Assembly (NCBI GenBank): GCA_965248265.1
Contig: CBDFJF010000001.1
Location: 3,072,001 to 3,136,000, forward strand
Direction of reading: 5' to 3'
DNA length: 64,000 bases
Source: Candidatus Latescibacterota bacterium
GTDB lineage: Bacteria > Latescibacterota > UBA2968 > UBA8231
Shown here: one piece after another, positions 1 through 12,094 of the stretch
Numbering within the stretch: the first letter of the stretch is position 1
How the letters are laid out: every line of letters begins with the position of its first letter
Position numbers and translations under genes: made by a program
Notes under the pieces: model-generated
What the model was told of the DNA's origin: nothing
Databases searched by the model: none
The model's input: only the letters and a program-made list of their open reading frames with translations

Positions 1-107
1 GTCGCCGCATGTGGCCTGCCCGATCTGCTCGTCTCCGCCCAATCAAGACAGTACGTGACGCCGGACCCGCGATGCCGGCAGCCCGATATCAAGAGAATAG
101 TGCCCAG

Positions 108-3100
108 ATGACCCATCATTCACCCCGGCAGACCAAGCACGGGTATCCTTCGCCACAGGGTTTGTACGACCCGGCCCACGAACATGATGCCTGCGGGATC
201 GGTTTTGTCGCCCATATAAAGGGGGTCCCATCGCACGACATCGTGCGCCAGGGACTGACCGTGCTGTCCAACCTCGATCATCGAGGAGCGCGTGGCTGCG
301 AGATGAACACGGGTGACGGCGCTGGTATTCTGCTGCAGGTACCTGATCGGCTCCTGCGCGAGGAGATGTCAGCAGCCGGAGTCGAGCTTCCTGCGCGGGG
401 ACGGTACGGTGTCGGCATGGTGTTTCTACCTCCTGACGACGAACACCGGCTTCCATGCGAACAGCGGCTGGCACAGATCGTCGAAGAGGAAGGGTTGAAG
501 GTGCTGGGATGGCGCAGCACACCGGTACTCGACGCGGACCTGGGCCATACTGCACGTTCGTGCGAACCCGCCATGCGCCAGATCTTCGTCGGTGCCGTGG
601 ATTCACAGCAGGGGCCGTCTAGTGCCGAAGCCGAGTTGGCGCTGGAGCGGCGGCTCTACGTGGTCAGCAAGCGGGCAGCTCATGAGATCCGCCATAGCGG
701 CGACGGACCGGGTGGCGACTATTTCTACTGTGCCAGCTTTTCCTGTCGGACCATCGTCTACAAGGGGATGTTGACTCCTGCCCAGGTCGATGGCTACTTC
801 GCCGATTTGTCGGATCCCCGGATAGAGTCGGCGATCGCCATGGTGCACTCGCGCTTCAGTACCAACACCTTTCCCAGCTGGGAACGCGCCCATCCATACC
901 GCTATGTCATCCACAACGGCGAGATCAATACCCTGCGTGGAAACGAAAACTGGATGCGGACACGGCAGTCCATGTTGCAGTCCGAACTCTTCGGCGACAA
1001 GCTGCACAAGCTCTTCCCCATCGTCGAAGAAGACGGCTCCGATTCTTCGAAGCTGGACAACTGCCTGGAATTCCTAAACCTGTCCGGCCGCTCCCTCGCC
1101 CACGCCGTCATGATGATGATTCCCGAGCCGTGGGAAAAGCACGAGAGCATGTCGGAGGAGAAGAGAGCTTTTTACGAGTACCACAGCTGCTTGATGGAAC
1201 CGTGGGATGGTCCGGCGTCGATCGCCTTCACCGACGGCTCCGTCGTCGGTGCCGTGCTGGATCGCAACGGTCTACGTCCCTCCCGCTACTACATCACAAA
1301 GGACGACCGGGTGATCATGGGCTCGGAGGTCGGTGCCGTCGACGTGGATCCCGAGATGGTCCTACACAAGGGACGACTCGAGCCCGGGCGCATGTTTCTC
1401 ATAGATACGCGCGAAGGTCGAATCATCGCGGACGAAGAGCTCAAGCACTCGATTGCCGCAGAGCACCCCTACCGCGAGTGGCTGGATGAGAATCTGATAG
1501 ACTTCGAGGATCTTCCCGATGTCGAGGAGGTTCGCGTCGCGCGCGAACATGAGGAAGTCCTCCAGCGCCAGCAGGTCTTCGGGTTGACGTTCGAAGATTT
1601 GAGGGTCCAGTTCACGCCGATGGCCAAAAATGCCTTCTGGCCGACCGGTTCGATGGGTAACGACGCGGCGTTAGCGGTTCTGTCCGATCGACCCCATGTG
1701 CTCTACAGCTACTTCAAGCAGCTGTTTGCCCAGGTCACCAATCCTCCCATCGATCCCATTCGGGAAGAGCTGATTACTTCGACGGATACGACGCTGGGCT
1801 CGGAGGGCAATCTGCTGGATCCCGAAGCGGAGAGCTGCCGTCAGCTGCGAGTGCGCTCGCCGATTCTGACGAACGCTGAATTGGCCAAGCTCAAGCAGGT
1901 CAACGACCACGGTCTGAAACCGTACGCATTGACGATGGTGTTCGAAGCCTCTGAAGGGGAGGCGGGATTGAAGTGGGCGCTCGACGAGCTGTTCGCCACG
2001 GCCGACGCCGCGATCGCCAGCGGGGCGACGATCCTGGTCTTGACGGATCGCGATTTCGACGAGCGCTGGGCGCCGATTCCGGCCCTGTTGGCGACGGCCG
2101 GTTTGCACCATCACCTGATACGTGCCGGCACGCGGACGAAGGTCGGCATCGTCGTCGAGTCGGGAGAGCCACGCGAAGTCCATCACTTCTGCCTGTTGTT
2201 GGGCTACGGCGCCAACGCCATCAATCCCTACATGGTTTATGAGTCCCTCGTCGATATGATCAAGGAGGGGATGTTGCCGGATGTCGGTTTCGACGAGGCC
2301 ATCGACAACTACAACAAGGCGGTGGTCAAGGGCGTCGTGAAGGTGATGTCGAAGATGGGCATTTCGACCATCAAATCGTACCTGGGGGCGCAGATCTTCG
2401 AGGCCGTCGGCATCAAGCAGGAAGTCATCGACACCTACTTCACCTGGACGGATTCGCGTGTCGAGGGTATCGGGCTGGACGTCATCGCCGAGGAAACCTG
2501 CATGCGGCATCGTACGGCCTATCCGGCGTTCGACGAGGAACGCACCCTCGACGTGGGCGGAGAGTACCAGTGGCGCCAGGATGGTGAGTACCACCTGTTC
2601 AATCCGCACACCATCCACAAGCTGCAGAAGGCGGCGCGCGACAACGACTACGAGGTCTACAAAGAGTACGCTGAGCTGATTAGCGATCGCTCAAACAAGA
2701 TGGCGACGCTGCGCGCCCTGCTGGATTTCGACTACCCGGCCGACGGCGAGATCCCTCTTGATGAGGTCGAATCGGTCGAGGAGATCACCAAGCGCTTCAA
2801 GAGTGGCGCCATGTCCTACGGCTCAATCAGCAAGGAAGCGCATGAAACCCTGGCGATCGCGATGAATCGCATCGGCGGCCGCAGCAATACCGGCGAGGGC
2901 GGCGAAGACGCCGAGCGTTACCAGTTGGACCCGAACGGGGATTCCCGCAATAGTGCGATCAAACAAGTGGCATCCGGACGGTTCGGGGTGACGAGTCTCT
3001 ACCTGAGCCACGCCAAAGAGTTGCAGATCAAGATGGCGCAGGGGGCCAAACCGGGTGAAGGTGGGGAATTGCCGGGCGCCAAGGTTTATCCGTGGATCGC

Positions 3101-4748
3101 CAAGGTTCGGCAGTCGACGCCAGGGGTGGGGTTGATATCGCCGCCACCGCACCACGACATCTACTCGATTGAGGACCTGGCCGAACTCATCCACGATCTC
3201 AAGAATTCGAACCGCGAGGCCCGTATCAACGTCAAACTGGTTTCGGAGGTCGGTGTCGGCACGATTGCCGCCGGCGTTGCCAAGGGACACGCCGATGTCG
3301 TCCTCATAAGCGGTCACGACGGCGGTACCGGGGCGTCGCCGCAGACGAGTATCAAGCACGCTGGTTTACCGTGGGAGCTGGGCCTGGCAGATACGCACCA
3401 GACACTCGTCCTCAACGATCTGCGCAGTCGCATTGTCGTCGAGACCGATGGCCAGCTCAAGACCGGCCGGGACGTGGCGATCGCGGCTTTGCTGGGCGCG
3501 GAGGAGTTCGGCTTCGCGACCACCGGACTCGTGGCCATGGGTTGCATCATGATGCGGGTGTGCCACCTCGATACCTGTCCGGTGGGCGTGGCCACACAGA
3601 ATCCGGAGCTGCGCAAGAAATTCACCGGAACCCCCGACCACATCGTCAACTTCCTGCGGTTCGTGGCGCAGGAGTTACGCGAGTACATGGCAAAACTGGG
3701 GTTCCGCAGCATCAATGAAATGGTGGGAAGAACCGACCGTTTACGCCAGGTCGAAACGGATCACTGGAAAGCCAGGGGACTCGATCTGTCGAGAATCCTG
3801 CACCGGCCAGATGTGCCCGAACGCGTCGGTCGATACTGCCAAGTCCCACAGGACCATGGCATAGAACGCTCTTTAGACATCACACAATTGTTGCCGGCAT
3901 GCGCTCCCGCCATCGAGCGCGGTGAGCGTGTGCAGGTATCGTTGCCGATCAACAACATCGACCGGGTCGTGGGAACCATTACGGGCAATGAAATCACCAA
4001 GCGGTACGGGGCCGACGGGCTGCCTACCGACACCATTCAGGTGCAGTTCACGGGCTCAGCAGGGCAGAGCTTCGGTGCATTCGTGCCGCCAGGGATGACA
4101 CTGAAACTCGAAGGGGATGCCAACGACTACTTCGGCAAGGGGCTTTCCGGCGGCAAGTTGATCCTGTACCCACCGTCCTCAGCCACTTTCGTCACGCGGG
4201 ATGAGATCATCGTTGGCAACGTCGCCTTCTACGGCGCTACCAATGGAGAAGCCTACATCAGCGGCATGGCCGGTGAGCGTTTCTGCGTGCGTAACAGTGG
4301 CGTGCGTGCTGTCGTCGAGGCGGTAGGGGATCATGGCTGTGAATACATGACGGGCGGACAGGTCGTCGTCCTCGGGCCGACGGGTCGAAATTTCGCGGCC
4401 GGTATGTCGGGTGGCATCGCCTACGTCTATGATGAGGACGGGGTGTTCACGGACCACTGCAATCAGTCGATGTGTGAGTTGGGGCCCGTCGATGACGCCG
4501 ACGAGCAGGTGAACTTGAGGGAGACGATCGAACGACACGTCGAGTACACAGGCAGCGACATCGGCCGCCAGATTCTGACGTCCTGGGACGTTTCCCTGCA
4601 GTGCTTTGTCAAGGTGTTGCCGACAGACTACAAGCGCGTGCAGGAGGCCCTGGCACGCGCCCGCGAGTCCGGACTCAGCGGTGACGAGGCGGTCATGGAG
4701 GCCTTCGAAGCCAACAAGGCAGATGCGTCCCGCGCCGGAGGGAACTGA
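108..4748 (+). CDS. gltB: Glutamate synthase large subunit
   Basis: HDACG amidotransferase Cys after a short propeptide, [25 protein letters not shown] region and the 3Fe-4S motif [12 protein letters not shown]. Start set at ATG 108 (MTHHSPRQ). Confidence 0.97.
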   Translation: MTHHSPRQTKHGYPSPQGLYDPAHEHDACGIGFVAHIKGVPSHDIVRQGLTVLSNLDHRGARGCEMNTGDGAGILLQVPDRLLREEMSAAGVELPARGRYGVGMVFLPPDDEHRLPCEQRLAQIVEEEGLKVLGWRSTPVLDADLGHTARSCEPAMRQIFVGAVDSQQGPSSAEAELALERRLYVVSKRAAHEIRHSGDGPGGDYFYCASFSCRTIVYKGMLTPAQVDGYFADLSDPRIESAIAMVHSRFSTNTFPSWERAHPYRYVIHNGEINTLRGNENWMRTRQSMLQSELFGDKLHKLFPIVEEDGSDSSKLDNCLEFLNLSGRSLAHAVMMMIPEPWEKHESMSEEKRAFYEYHSCLMEPWDGPASIAFTDGSVVGAVLDRNGLRPSRYYITKDDRVIMGSEVGAVDVDPEMVLHKGRLEPGRMFLIDTREGRIIADEELKHSIAAEHPYREWLDENLIDFEDLPDVEEVRVAREHEEVLQRQQVFGLTFEDLRVQFTPMAKNAFWPTGSMGNDAALAVLSDRPHVLYSYFKQLFAQVTNPPIDPIREELITSTDTTLGSEGNLLDPEAESCRQLRVRSPILTNAELAKLKQVNDHGLKPYALTMVFEASEGEAGLKWALDELFATADAAIASGATILVLTDRDFDERWAPIPALLATAGLHHHLIRAGTRTKVGIVVESGEPREVHHFCLLLGYGANAINPYMVYESLVDMIKEGMLPDVGFDEAIDNYNKAVVKGVVKVMSKMGISTIKSYLGAQIFEAVGIKQEVIDTYFTWTDSRVEGIGLDVIAEETCMRHRTAYPAFDEERTLDVGGEYQWRQDGEYHLFNPHTIHKLQKAARDNDYEVYKEYAELISDRSNKMATLRALLDFDYPADGEIPLDEVESVEEITKRFKSGAMSYGSISKEAHETLAIAMNRIGGRSNTGEGGEDAERYQLDPNGDSRNSAIKQVASGRFGVTSLYLSHAKELQIKMAQGAKPGEGGELPGAKVYPWIAKVRQSTPGVGLISPPPHHDIYSIEDLAELIHDLKNSNREARINVKLVSEVGVGTIAAGVAKGHADVVLISGHDGGTGASPQTSIKHAGLPWELGLADTHQTLVLNDLRSRIVVETDGQLKTGRDVAIAALLGAEEFGFATTGLVAMGCIMMRVCHLDTCPVGVATQNPELRKKFTGTPDHIVNFLRFVAQELREYMAKLGFRSINEMVGRTDRLRQVETDHWKARGLDLSRILHRPDVPERVGRYCQVPQDHGIERSLDITQLLPACAPAIERGERVQVSLPINNIDRVVGTITGNEITKRYGADGLPTDTIQVQFTGSAGQSFGAFVPPGMTLKLEGDANDYFGKGLSGGKLILYPPSSATFVTRDEIIVGNVAFYGATNGEAYISGMAGERFCVRNSGVRAVVEAVGDHGCEYMTGGQVVVLGPTGRNFAAGMSGGIAYVYDEDGVFTDHCNQSMCELGPVDDADEQVNLRETIERHVEYTGSDIGRQILTSWDVSLQCFVKVLPTDYKRVQEALARARESGLSGDEAVMEAFEANKADASRAGGN

Positions 4749-6235
4749 TGGGGAAACCTACCGGATTCATAGAATTCGAGCGTGAGCTTCCAACTGACCG
4801 GGCGCCTGAGGAACGCGTTCAGGATTGGGCAGAATTCCACCTGCACATGAAAGAGGAGAAGCTGCGGGAGCAGGGAGCTCGCTGCATGGACTGCGGCGTG
4901 CCCTTCTGTCACACCGGGGCCACGATGAGCCGCGATGATAAAGGCTCTGGTTGTCCGATCAACAACCTCATCCCCGACTGGAATGACCTTGTTTACCATG
5001 GTTTGTGGCAAGAGGCACTGGAGCGCTTGCACAAGACCAACAACTTTCCCGAGTTCACCGGCCGTGTCTGTCCCGCTCCGTGCGAAGGGGCCTGTGTGCT
5101 GGGCATCAATGATCCCCCGGTGACGATCAAGAATATCGAGTGTGCCGTCGTCGACAGGGGCTTCGAGGAGGGTTGGGTGGTTCCTGAACCCCCAGAAAAA
5201 CGCACGGGAAAACGCGCGGCCGTGGTTGGCTCGGGCCCGGCGGGGTTGTCCTGTGCCGCCCAGTTGAACAGGGCCGGCCACTGGGTCACCGTGTTCGAGC
5301 GTGCCGATCGAGTCGGCGGCCTGTTGATGTACGGCATCCCCAACATGAAGCTGGACAAGCGCTTCGTAACTCGGCGCGTGCAGCTGATGGAATCGGAGGG
5401 AATCCAGTTCATCACCAACACGGAGGTGGGCAAGGACATCGCTGCCGCCGAATTGCAGGATCGGTTCGACGCGGTGGTGCTGTGCGGTGGTGCCACCAAG
5501 GGCCGCGACCTGCCGATCGAGGGTCGGGAATTGAAAGGCGTTCACTACGCCATGGAGTTTCTGCACGCCAACACCAAGAGCCTGCTGGACTCGACTCACG
5601 CCGATGGGGAGTACATCGATGCCGCTGACAAGCACGTTATCGTCATCGGTGGCGGGGACACCGGCACCGACTGCGTCGGCACTTCCATGCGTCATGGCTG
5701 TCGCAGCCTGACCCAGTTCGAGATCATGGCGCGGCCGCCGGACGAGCGTGCGGCCAGCAACCCCTGGCCGGAATGGCCCAACGTCTACTCCCTGGACTAC
5801 GGTCAGGAGGAGGCGGCCGAACGGTTCGGTGACGATCCACGCGAATACCTGATCATGACGACGAAATTTGTCGGGGACGACGGCGCGGTTAAGGAATTGC
5901 ACACGGTCAACTGCGAGTGGAAACAGGGAGACGACGGGCGCTTCAGCCCACAGCCCGTCCCGGGTTCTGAAAAGGTATGGCCGGCCGATCTGGTGTTGCT
6001 GGCCATGGGGTTTCTGGGTCCCGAGGATCCGGTTCTTGAACAGCTCGGCGTCGAACGCGACGAGCGTTCCAATGCCAAGGCGGCGCACGGTGAGTTCGCC
6101 ACCAGCGTTGAGGGTATTTTCGCCGCCGGCGACATGCGACGAGGTCAGAGTCTGGTGGTGTGGGCGATCAACGAAGGGCGTGGAGCAGCTCGCGAATGTG
6201 ATCGCTTTCTCATGGGTACCACGGCGCTGCCGTAG
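4748..6235 (+). CDS. gltD: Glutamate synthase small subunit (NAD(P)H)
   Basis: MGKPTGF start, [10 protein letters not shown] and GRVCPAPCE Fe-S motifs, GSGPAG and GGGDTG Rossmann motifs. Overlaps the gltB stop (TGATG). Confidence 0.97.
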   Translation: MGKPTGFIEFERELPTDRAPEERVQDWAEFHLHMKEEKLREQGARCMDCGVPFCHTGATMSRDDKGSGCPINNLIPDWNDLVYHGLWQEALERLHKTNNFPEFTGRVCPAPCEGACVLGINDPPVTIKNIECAVVDRGFEEGWVVPEPPEKRTGKRAAVVGSGPAGLSCAAQLNRAGHWVTVFERADRVGGLLMYGIPNMKLDKRFVTRRVQLMESEGIQFITNTEVGKDIAAAELQDRFDAVVLCGGATKGRDLPIEGRELKGVHYAMEFLHANTKSLLDSTHADGEYIDAADKHVIVIGGGDTGTDCVGTSMRHGCRSLTQFEIMARPPDERAASNPWPEWPNVYSLDYGQEEAAERFGDDPREYLIMTTKFVGDDGAVKELHTVNCEWKQGDDGRFSPQPVPGSEKVWPADLVLLAMGFLGPEDPVLEQLGVERDERSNAKAAHGEFATSVEGIFAAGDMRRGQSLVVWAINEGRGAARECDRFLMGTTALP

Positions 6236-6246
6236 TCAGGGCCCAG

Positions 6247-7290
6247 TCACCGGTTGCCGTACGGTGATGGCTCCGGTAGAGGCTCGAACAGGTACTCCGC
6301 TTTCGGAAACAATAGGTCCGCCCCGGACCGATCAATGCTGAAGACCATCCCGGCAGATTGGTTGCGCAGGTAGACCGTCTGTTTGGAAGCCGCGCCGCCA
6401 ATATCAAGTACATCGACTTTCCCATCGTCAGCGATCAACTCTATCTGGCGCCCATCCACGAAACCATAGCCACCCTTGCGCGGGTCGTGTACCCGGTGAT
6501 ATCGCAGGCGTGACAAGAATGAGCTGTAGGCGTAGACCCCGGCATTCAGGCAGGTATCCTCGCGCCCATCGACGGTGGCCAACCACACGAAGGTCGGTTC
6601 GCTGCGCTGGGCCAGCAGGGCGGCGGGATCGTCCCCGCTGGCAGAAACCTCCACCCGTTGCAGCCGGGCAACGGCTCCGGGGAACCCTGTTTCAAAACGA
6701 ATCGATGACAGGGATGGGCGTGCCAACGCCTTGGGCAGCACCAGTGGGTCGATCATCGGGGGGTTGCCCGGATCCAGGGCATGCCGCGGATTGGCATGCC
6801 AATGCAGAACCGTATCCACCGAGCTCTTTCTCAGGTAGGATTCCCCGGAGGCAGCACCGGTGACACCCTCCCCGACCTGCACCTCAATCAACTGGACACC
6901 CTGCGCATCCAGGAGCGTGACCGTCAGCGCCTGGTCGACGGCCAGCCCGTAGCGGTGAAAATCTTCCGTCTCAGCACTGACGAAGGTACCCAGACTTTGC
7001 AGGATGCTGCGGAGGATGAAATCGATCCGGTCCGCCCTCACGTAGGCGTCGAAGTGTCCGGGGAACCGCCAGTGGCTGCCCTGTTTGTGGTAGGTCCACT
7101 CCTGAGGGTTGCCGCCGTGATGGATGCGGATGGTCCGCACACGTTCGGGAACGATCTCGGCACCTGGGTCGACGAGTGGTCGCAACGCACTGCGCAGGCT
7201 GCGGTCCTCCTCTCGAGCACGAAGGATCCAGTATTCCGATGCCGCCAACAGTGCGACGAGGACAACGAAGGCTGCGATGATTCGGTTCAT
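6247..7290 (-). CDS. DUF4340-like membrane-anchored periplasmic protein (Gld-like ABC operon accessory)
   Basis: N-terminal TM (IIAAFVVLVALLAA), W..AD..R..YGL...VG pattern, ATGA overlap with the upstream gldG-like stop. Its position after the ABC/GldG genes is typical for this family. Confidence 0.7.
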   Translation of the reverse strand: MNRIIAAFVVLVALLAASEYWILRAREEDRSLRSALRPLVDPGAEIVPERVRTIRIHHGGNPQEWTYHKQGSHWRFPGHFDAYVRADRIDFILRSILQSLGTFVSAETEDFHRYGLAVDQALTVTLLDAQGVQLIEVQVGEGVTGAASGESYLRKSSVDTVLHWHANPRHALDPGNPPMIDPLVLPKALARPSLSSIRFETGFPGAVARLQRVEVSASGDDPAALLAQRSEPTFVWLATVDGREDTCLNAGVYAYSSFLSRLRYHRVHDPRKGGYGFVDGRQIELIADDGKVDVLDIGGAASKQTVYLRNQSAGMVFSIDRSGADLLFPKAEYLFEPLPEPSPYGNR

Positions 7291-10200
7291 GATGGTTGGA
7301 CCGCGATGCGTCGCCGCAGTCCCTGCCTCAACAACAGCAGTCCCAGGAGCAGGATCGGCCCGCCCGCCACGGCGATGAGGCGCCACCAGAGTTTGGCTGT
7401 TGCCGGCTGGTATTCGAAGCCGTGTGGTTGGCGATGGCGTGACTGCAGGAGGGCCATGTCGGGACCGTGAACGGTCAGCGCCAGGGCGTTGAGGAGAAAC
7501 TGGTCATGTTGAAACTCATCAGCGAACAGGTATTCGTTCTTGAACATTTCAGAAGAGCCGATGAGCAGGAGCGTCCCCGTCTCCGCGCCCGGTGATTGGG
7601 TAACTGCGAGCTGGGCACGGCCCTCATCATCCTCGATGAACTCAACCTGCGGAAAACGGCCCTCTAATTGTACAGCGAGCGTCTGCGGACCGGGCAGGAG
7701 CCCGACCGGGTCGAAAGCGGCCTCCGGCAGCCAGCCGCCCTGCCATCCGTAGGACCAGCTCTGGTCCGAGGTCGTTATCAAGGGATGGTACGACATGCCA
7801 TGCTTTCTCAACTCCCCCTCATGCCGGTCGAAGCGATTACCCCATATGAACAGCAGGTCTCCCAGGTTGCGGGTGACGGGAGATGAGTGCGAGTAGAAGG
7901 GGTTGACCGCGCGAATAAGAAAAGGCAGCGCCACTTCCTGTGCGTCGTACTCGCGTACCGCGGTACGATTGACCTGGGTGTCAAGTCTCAGATGATGACG
8001 GGTGCGATCCATCAGCACCTCTCTGACCTGCTCAACGCCGATGAGGCGCAGGTAGCGGTCGAAGTCTTGAAACTGGGGTTGCGGCCAATAGACGGTCTGG
8101 AAGCCGATGCCTCGATACTGACGCTGCTGGATGTTGAAGTGCTGCATGGCGACGATGGCGCGGCCGCCACGAGCCAGGTGGTCGCTCAGCTGGAGAATGA
8201 TGGGACCCGAGTCGCGACGCGGCTGCAACCACAGCACGACGTCGGCATCATCCGGCAATATGGGGTCACGCGGGTTGATGTGGTCGACGTGGTAGCCATT
8301 GTCGCCCAGTAGTGACTTGAGACGGCTGTACACGTCGGCGCCTCTCGGTGCCGAGAGCCCTTTCTTCTGATAATCCTCGAGCGCCTCGGCAGGAGAAAGG
8401 CGCGGCAGGTCCGAAACGACGGCAACTCGATTCCCATCCGTGGTTGAGAGTCGTCCGACAGCCGCTGTAAGCAGGAAGTCGAAGTGCTCGATCGTGCGCT
8501 CGTCCAGCCGTCGGATCACGGCAGCGCGGTGATTGCGCCGCAGGCGCAGCCCACTCCAAATCTGCGACGAGATTACCGTGTCCCGGAGGACGCGTTCTAT
8601 CTCGAAAGGCAGCACTCCAGAGTCGATGAGCTGTTGACGCAGCGAAGCCGGCTGTTCCTCCGGGTGAACCGTCCTTACTTCCACGTCGAGGGTGGCCAGC
8701 ATCGATCGCACCCGGCGCTCCACGGTTCGCAATGTTGGTGGCAGATGTGAGCGAGGGGACAGTACGAACTCGACCTCGAGGCCGTTCCCTTCTCGCTCAA
8801 GCAGCTGCTTAAGGCTGGGTGCGGGCGTGTTGAGCTGGTCCTGGGTCAGGTCCAGTCCAACGTGATCCCAGCGCGACAACAGGCCCGTGGCCAATATGAC
8901 TACCAGGGTCAAACCCATGCCACCATACTTCAACGCGCTCTGCCATTGGATCCGAAACAACAGCAGACCGCGCCGGTTTCCCGCTCGTCTATAGCGCCAT
9001 GCACCCACCATCAAAAACAGACACGGAATGGCGAAGACGGCGAACCCGCGCCAGAACACTCGTTCGCCCAGGCTTGTCGGCTGTAAGAGGTCCGGCGAGC
9101 GCGTTGCCGTGTGTAAGCGTACCAGGCGGTCAGCGGAGGCAAAGCTGCGCACCAGATCGTTGACGAATACGGTATGGCCGTACCCCGATTGGGTTATGAT
9201 TCCGTCTCGAAAGGGTGCAGCAGAGGCCAGCACCAGGAGCTGTCCTGACCAGGCATCACGGGGTGATAGCAGGACCATCAGGTTTTGTTTGGGTACCGCG
9301 ATTGAGGTTGCCAGATCCGCATCCGTGAAAGGTCCCGTCGGCAACACTCGGACTCGGGCGTGCTCCGTCGTCGTCGCCACGATGTCAGCCTGGTAACCGG
9401 CCTGGGCAACGCGTAGAGGGTCGATCTGCAAGGGACTGGCCGCGACAAAGGACAGACCTCCGCGCGCCGGTGTGCTCAGACGGCGGAAATCGCGGAAAGC
9501 GGGCAGGTTGCGCAGATGGAAAGGAGTCTCCAAAGAGCGCGGCGCTCCGTCCGACATCATCACGGTTGCAGGACCGGCATTGCGATCCATGAGCAGGTCG
9601 GGAACCGGTTTGAGACCAAAGGGGCGCAGCAGTTGTTCCCATGCCGCGGATCGCCTGTGGATGAGGTAGGACACGGCCTGCGGCGCATCCGAACCGGAAG
9701 CGATGTACTCGACATCGTAGGCGCTGCCGGCCACAACCACCGTGCGGCCGCTGTCCAGGAAGCGCCTGATGTTTCTGATGTGACTCTCGGAAACACCCTC
9801 GGGTTCGATCCAGAACAGGACATCGGCATCAGCGGGAAGATGGGGGGGACTGCGGCTGAGATCGATGCTGACGACGGGTCCATGTTGGCTCAGATAGCGC
9901 GGAAATTCATCGAACCCTGCCGGAGCAGACAGGACAAAGGTCGGTTGCAGCGGTTGGCCAACATGAACCAGTCGGGTGCGGATCCAGTCCTCGAGTCTCG
10001 GCAAGTCCCGCGCCTGGATGTCTTGAATGAAGACATCCGGATGACCCTCATAGCTGATGGCCAGCGAGGACCAGATCCTGGTCTCGCTGTGCTCATCACG
10101 CGTGACGCCGCGTACGCTGACCGGGGATATTTTCTTGCTGGCTGCGTAGCCGACCCCGTTTCCCCCACCACTGACCTGGGGGTCGATGATGCGAAAACTG

Positions 10201-10520
10201 ACACGCTCAGGTGCCTCGTCCCGCAGTGCCTCCAGCAATTGCTGGACGTGATCTTCGACCCCCTTGAGATGCGAGGGCATCGACTCTCGGGATGAGACGA
10301 AAAAGGTGAAATGAAGCCGACTCGGTGCAGAGTGCTCGATGAAGTCGCGGGTTTGCGGTGACAGGCTCGCGGGAGCCATGTCTGCGACATCGACGAACAC
10401 TCCACCATCGCTTAACTGGGCCACGCGGGTGAGGTAGACGACACTGACCAACAGCAGGCCGAAGGCGATCACGCTCTGGCAGAGAAATCGATTTCTATGC
10501 GAGCGAAGGGGGTCGTTCAT
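7287..10520 (-). CDS. GldG-like ABC auxiliary protein with two tandem GldG (ABC_transp_aux) modules
   Basis: Two TM-periplasmic domain-TM modules. Repeated motifs: SETRIWSSLAI / SSQIWSGLRL, DADVLFWIEP / DADVVLWLQP, LLMDR / VLMDR, PFHLR / PFLIR. Start ATG 10520. Confidence 0.8.
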   Translation of the reverse strand: MNDPLRSHRNRFLCQSVIAFGLLLVSVVYLTRVAQLSDGGVFVDVADMAPASLSPQTRDFIEHSAPSRLHFTFFVSSRESMPSHLKGVEDHVQQLLEALRDEAPERVSFRIIDPQVSGGGNGVGYAASKKISPVSVRGVTRDEHSETRIWSSLAISYEGHPDVFIQDIQARDLPRLEDWIRTRLVHVGQPLQPTFVLSAPAGFDEFPRYLSQHGPVVSIDLSRSPPHLPADADVLFWIEPEGVSESHIRNIRRFLDSGRTVVVAGSAYDVEYIASGSDAPQAVSYLIHRRSAAWEQLLRPFGLKPVPDLLMDRNAGPATVMMSDGAPRSLETPFHLRNLPAFRDFRRLSTPARGGLSFVAASPLQIDPLRVAQAGYQADIVATTTEHARVRVLPTGPFTDADLATSIAVPKQNLMVLLSPRDAWSGQLLVLASAAPFRDGIITQSGYGHTVFVNDLVRSFASADRLVRLHTATRSPDLLQPTSLGERVFWRGFAVFAIPCLFLMVGAWRYRRAGNRRGLLLFRIQWQSALKYGGMGLTLVVILATGLLSRWDHVGLDLTQDQLNTPAPSLKQLLEREGNGLEVEFVLSPRSHLPPTLRTVERRVRSMLATLDVEVRTVHPEEQPASLRQQLIDSGVLPFEIERVLRDTVISSQIWSGLRLRRNHRAAVIRRLDERTIEHFDFLLTAAVGRLSTTDGNRVAVVSDLPRLSPAEALEDYQKKGLSAPRGADVYSRLKSLLGDNGYHVDHINPRDPILPDDADVVLWLQPRRDSGPIILQLSDHLARGGRAIVAMQHFNIQQRQYRGIGFQTVYWPQPQFQDFDRYLRLIGVEQVREVLMDRTRHHLRLDTQVNRTAVREYDAQEVALPFLIRAVNPFYSHSSPVTRNLGDLLFIWGNRFDRHEGELRKHGMSYHPLITTSDQSWSYGWQGGWLPEAAFDPVGLLPGPQTLAVQLEGRFPQVEFIEDDEGRAQLAVTQSPGAETGTLLLIGSSEMFKNEYLFADEFQHDQFLLNALALTVHGPDMALLQSRHRQPHGFEYQPATAKLWWRLIAVAGGPILLLGLLLLRQGLRRRIAVQPS

Positions 10521-10525
10521 CGTAG

Positions 10526-11284
10526 CTAGTACTTGGCCCGCCGCAGTGTGATCTCGTTCATCCAAAGAAAAAAGGCACACATCAGGATGAAGTAGAGCAG
10601 GGCGGTCAGACCGATAACCCCGGCCACGAACGACTGGTAGTGTGGCAAAACAGAGAGCGACTCATACAACCAGGAACCCAGCTGCCAGGAGGGAGCCAGA
10701 CCGTCTACGACCTCCACGACCTTGTCGTAGCCGCTGAGGACGAACAGGGCGCCCGTGAGGGTTGTCAGCACGAAGGCGACGATCTGGTTGTGCGTCAGGC
10801 CGGACAAAAAGAGGCCGAATGCCAGGAACAGCAGACCCAGGAAGACCGCACCGATGTAGCCGGACAGGATCAGCCCAAGATCTGGTTCACCCAGCCACAC
10901 CAACATGACCACGATGGGTAGGGACCCGCACAGTACGAGCAAGTAAAACAGCGCTGCCGCCGCGTACTTGCCGATGACGATTTGCAGCGAGTTTAGAGGC
11001 AGTGTCATCAACAACTCGAAGGTGTTCTGGGCATGCTCCTCGGCCCAGGCACGCATGGTGATGGCCGGGGCAAACGGAATCAACAAGTAGGGCAAGGCGT
11101 CGAAGTACGCCGTCATGTCGACGACCCCGTCCAAGAAGAAGGAGTTCATGAATCCGGCGCAGGATAGAACCAGAAAGACGGTTGTGTAGATGTAGGCGAT
11201 GGGAGAATCGAAGTAAGCGCGCGTCTCCCGCATCATGATGACGCGACAGCCGGAGACGAAGCCAGGATCCAGACGCTCAACCAC
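10526..11284 (-). CDS. ABC-2 type permease, GldF-like
   Basis: RETRAYFDSPIAY, PAITMRAWAEE..TFELLMTLP, IVIGKY; about 6 TMs. GTG start overlaps the ATPase stop. Confidence 0.88.
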   Translation of the reverse strand: MVERLDPGFVSGCRVIMMRETRAYFDSPIAYIYTTVFLVLSCAGFMNSFFLDGVVDMTAYFDALPYLLIPFAPAITMRAWAEEHAQNTFELLMTLPLNSLQIVIGKYAAAALFYLLVLCGSLPIVVMLVWLGEPDLGLILSGYIGAVFLGLLFLAFGLFLSGLTHNQIVAFVLTTLTGALFVLSGYDKVVEVVDGLAPSWQLGSWLYESLSVLPHYQSFVAGVIGLTALLYFILMCAFFLWMNEITLRRAKY

Positions 11285-12020
11285 GGCTTGGCCCCACAGC
11301 GGAAGATTGCACAAGGTGAGCAAAGATATCCTCCAGTGATGCGCCCGGACGCTCGATCTGGTCACCCAACTGAGCGATCGTGCCCTGAGCAAGCAGTTGA
11401 CCCTGGTGGATGATTAACACGCGATCGGATATGGCTTCGACGTCGGCGACGATGTGGGTGCTGAACAGAATTGCTCTTCCCGGCTTGAGTTCTCGCAAGG
11501 TGTCGCGGAAGGCGATCACCTGCATTGGGTCAAAGCCATGGGTCGGTTCGTCGAGCAGGAGAATGGAGGGATCGTGAATGAGTGCCGTGGCCAGGCCAAC
11601 CCGCTGGCGAAATCCGGTCGAACACTCCCCTACTCGCTGACGGAGGACAGCTTCAACGCCACACAGGTTGATAACGCGCCGGAACCCTTGCTCCAGATTG
11701 TCATCACGCAGACCGCGTGCCTCGCCTATGAATCGAAGAAACTCGTCTACGCGCATGTGCTGGTACAATGGAGTGTCGCCGGACAGATAACCCAGGCGCC
11801 GGCGCACCTCGAGGGCGTGCTCGCGCACATCCAGTCCATCTACGGTGATGCGGCCGGTGGTAGGATAGATGTAGGTAGAGAGCATCTTCAATACCGTGCT
11901 CTTGCCGGCACCGTTGGGCCCGACGAAGCCGACGATTTCGTTCTGTCCGACCTCGAAACTGACACGGTCCACCGCTGTGAGCTGACCGTATCGCCTGGTA
12001 ACGTCGTCGAGAACGATCAT
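11277..12020 (-). CDS. ABC transporter ATP-binding protein, GldA-like
   Basis: Walker A GPNGAGKS, signature CSTGFRQR, Walker B LLLDEP, H-loop STH. Confidence 0.92.
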   Translation of the reverse strand: MIVLDDVTRRYGQLTAVDRVSFEVGQNEIVGFVGPNGAGKSTVLKMLSTYIYPTTGRITVDGLDVREHALEVRRRLGYLSGDTPLYQHMRVDEFLRFIGEARGLRDDNLEQGFRRVINLCGVEAVLRQRVGECSTGFRQRVGLATALIHDPSILLLDEPTHGFDPMQVIAFRDTLRELKPGRAILFSTHIVADVEAISDRVLIIHQGQLLAQGTIAQLGDQIERPGASLEDIFAHLVQSSAVGPSRG

Positions 12021-12094
12021 TGTGCAGTGTTGAGTGGAGACATAAGCATCAATTAAGCAAATACGTGAGGTAGTTCAACACGGGTCCCGGACGG

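Noticed and set aside
4628-6088. Long antisense ORFs (e.g. 486 aa opposite gltD, 415 aa at 12488-13735, 490 aa opposite argS)
   Set aside because: They mirror well-supported genes in GC-rich DNA, where antisense stops are rare, and show no recognisable motifs.
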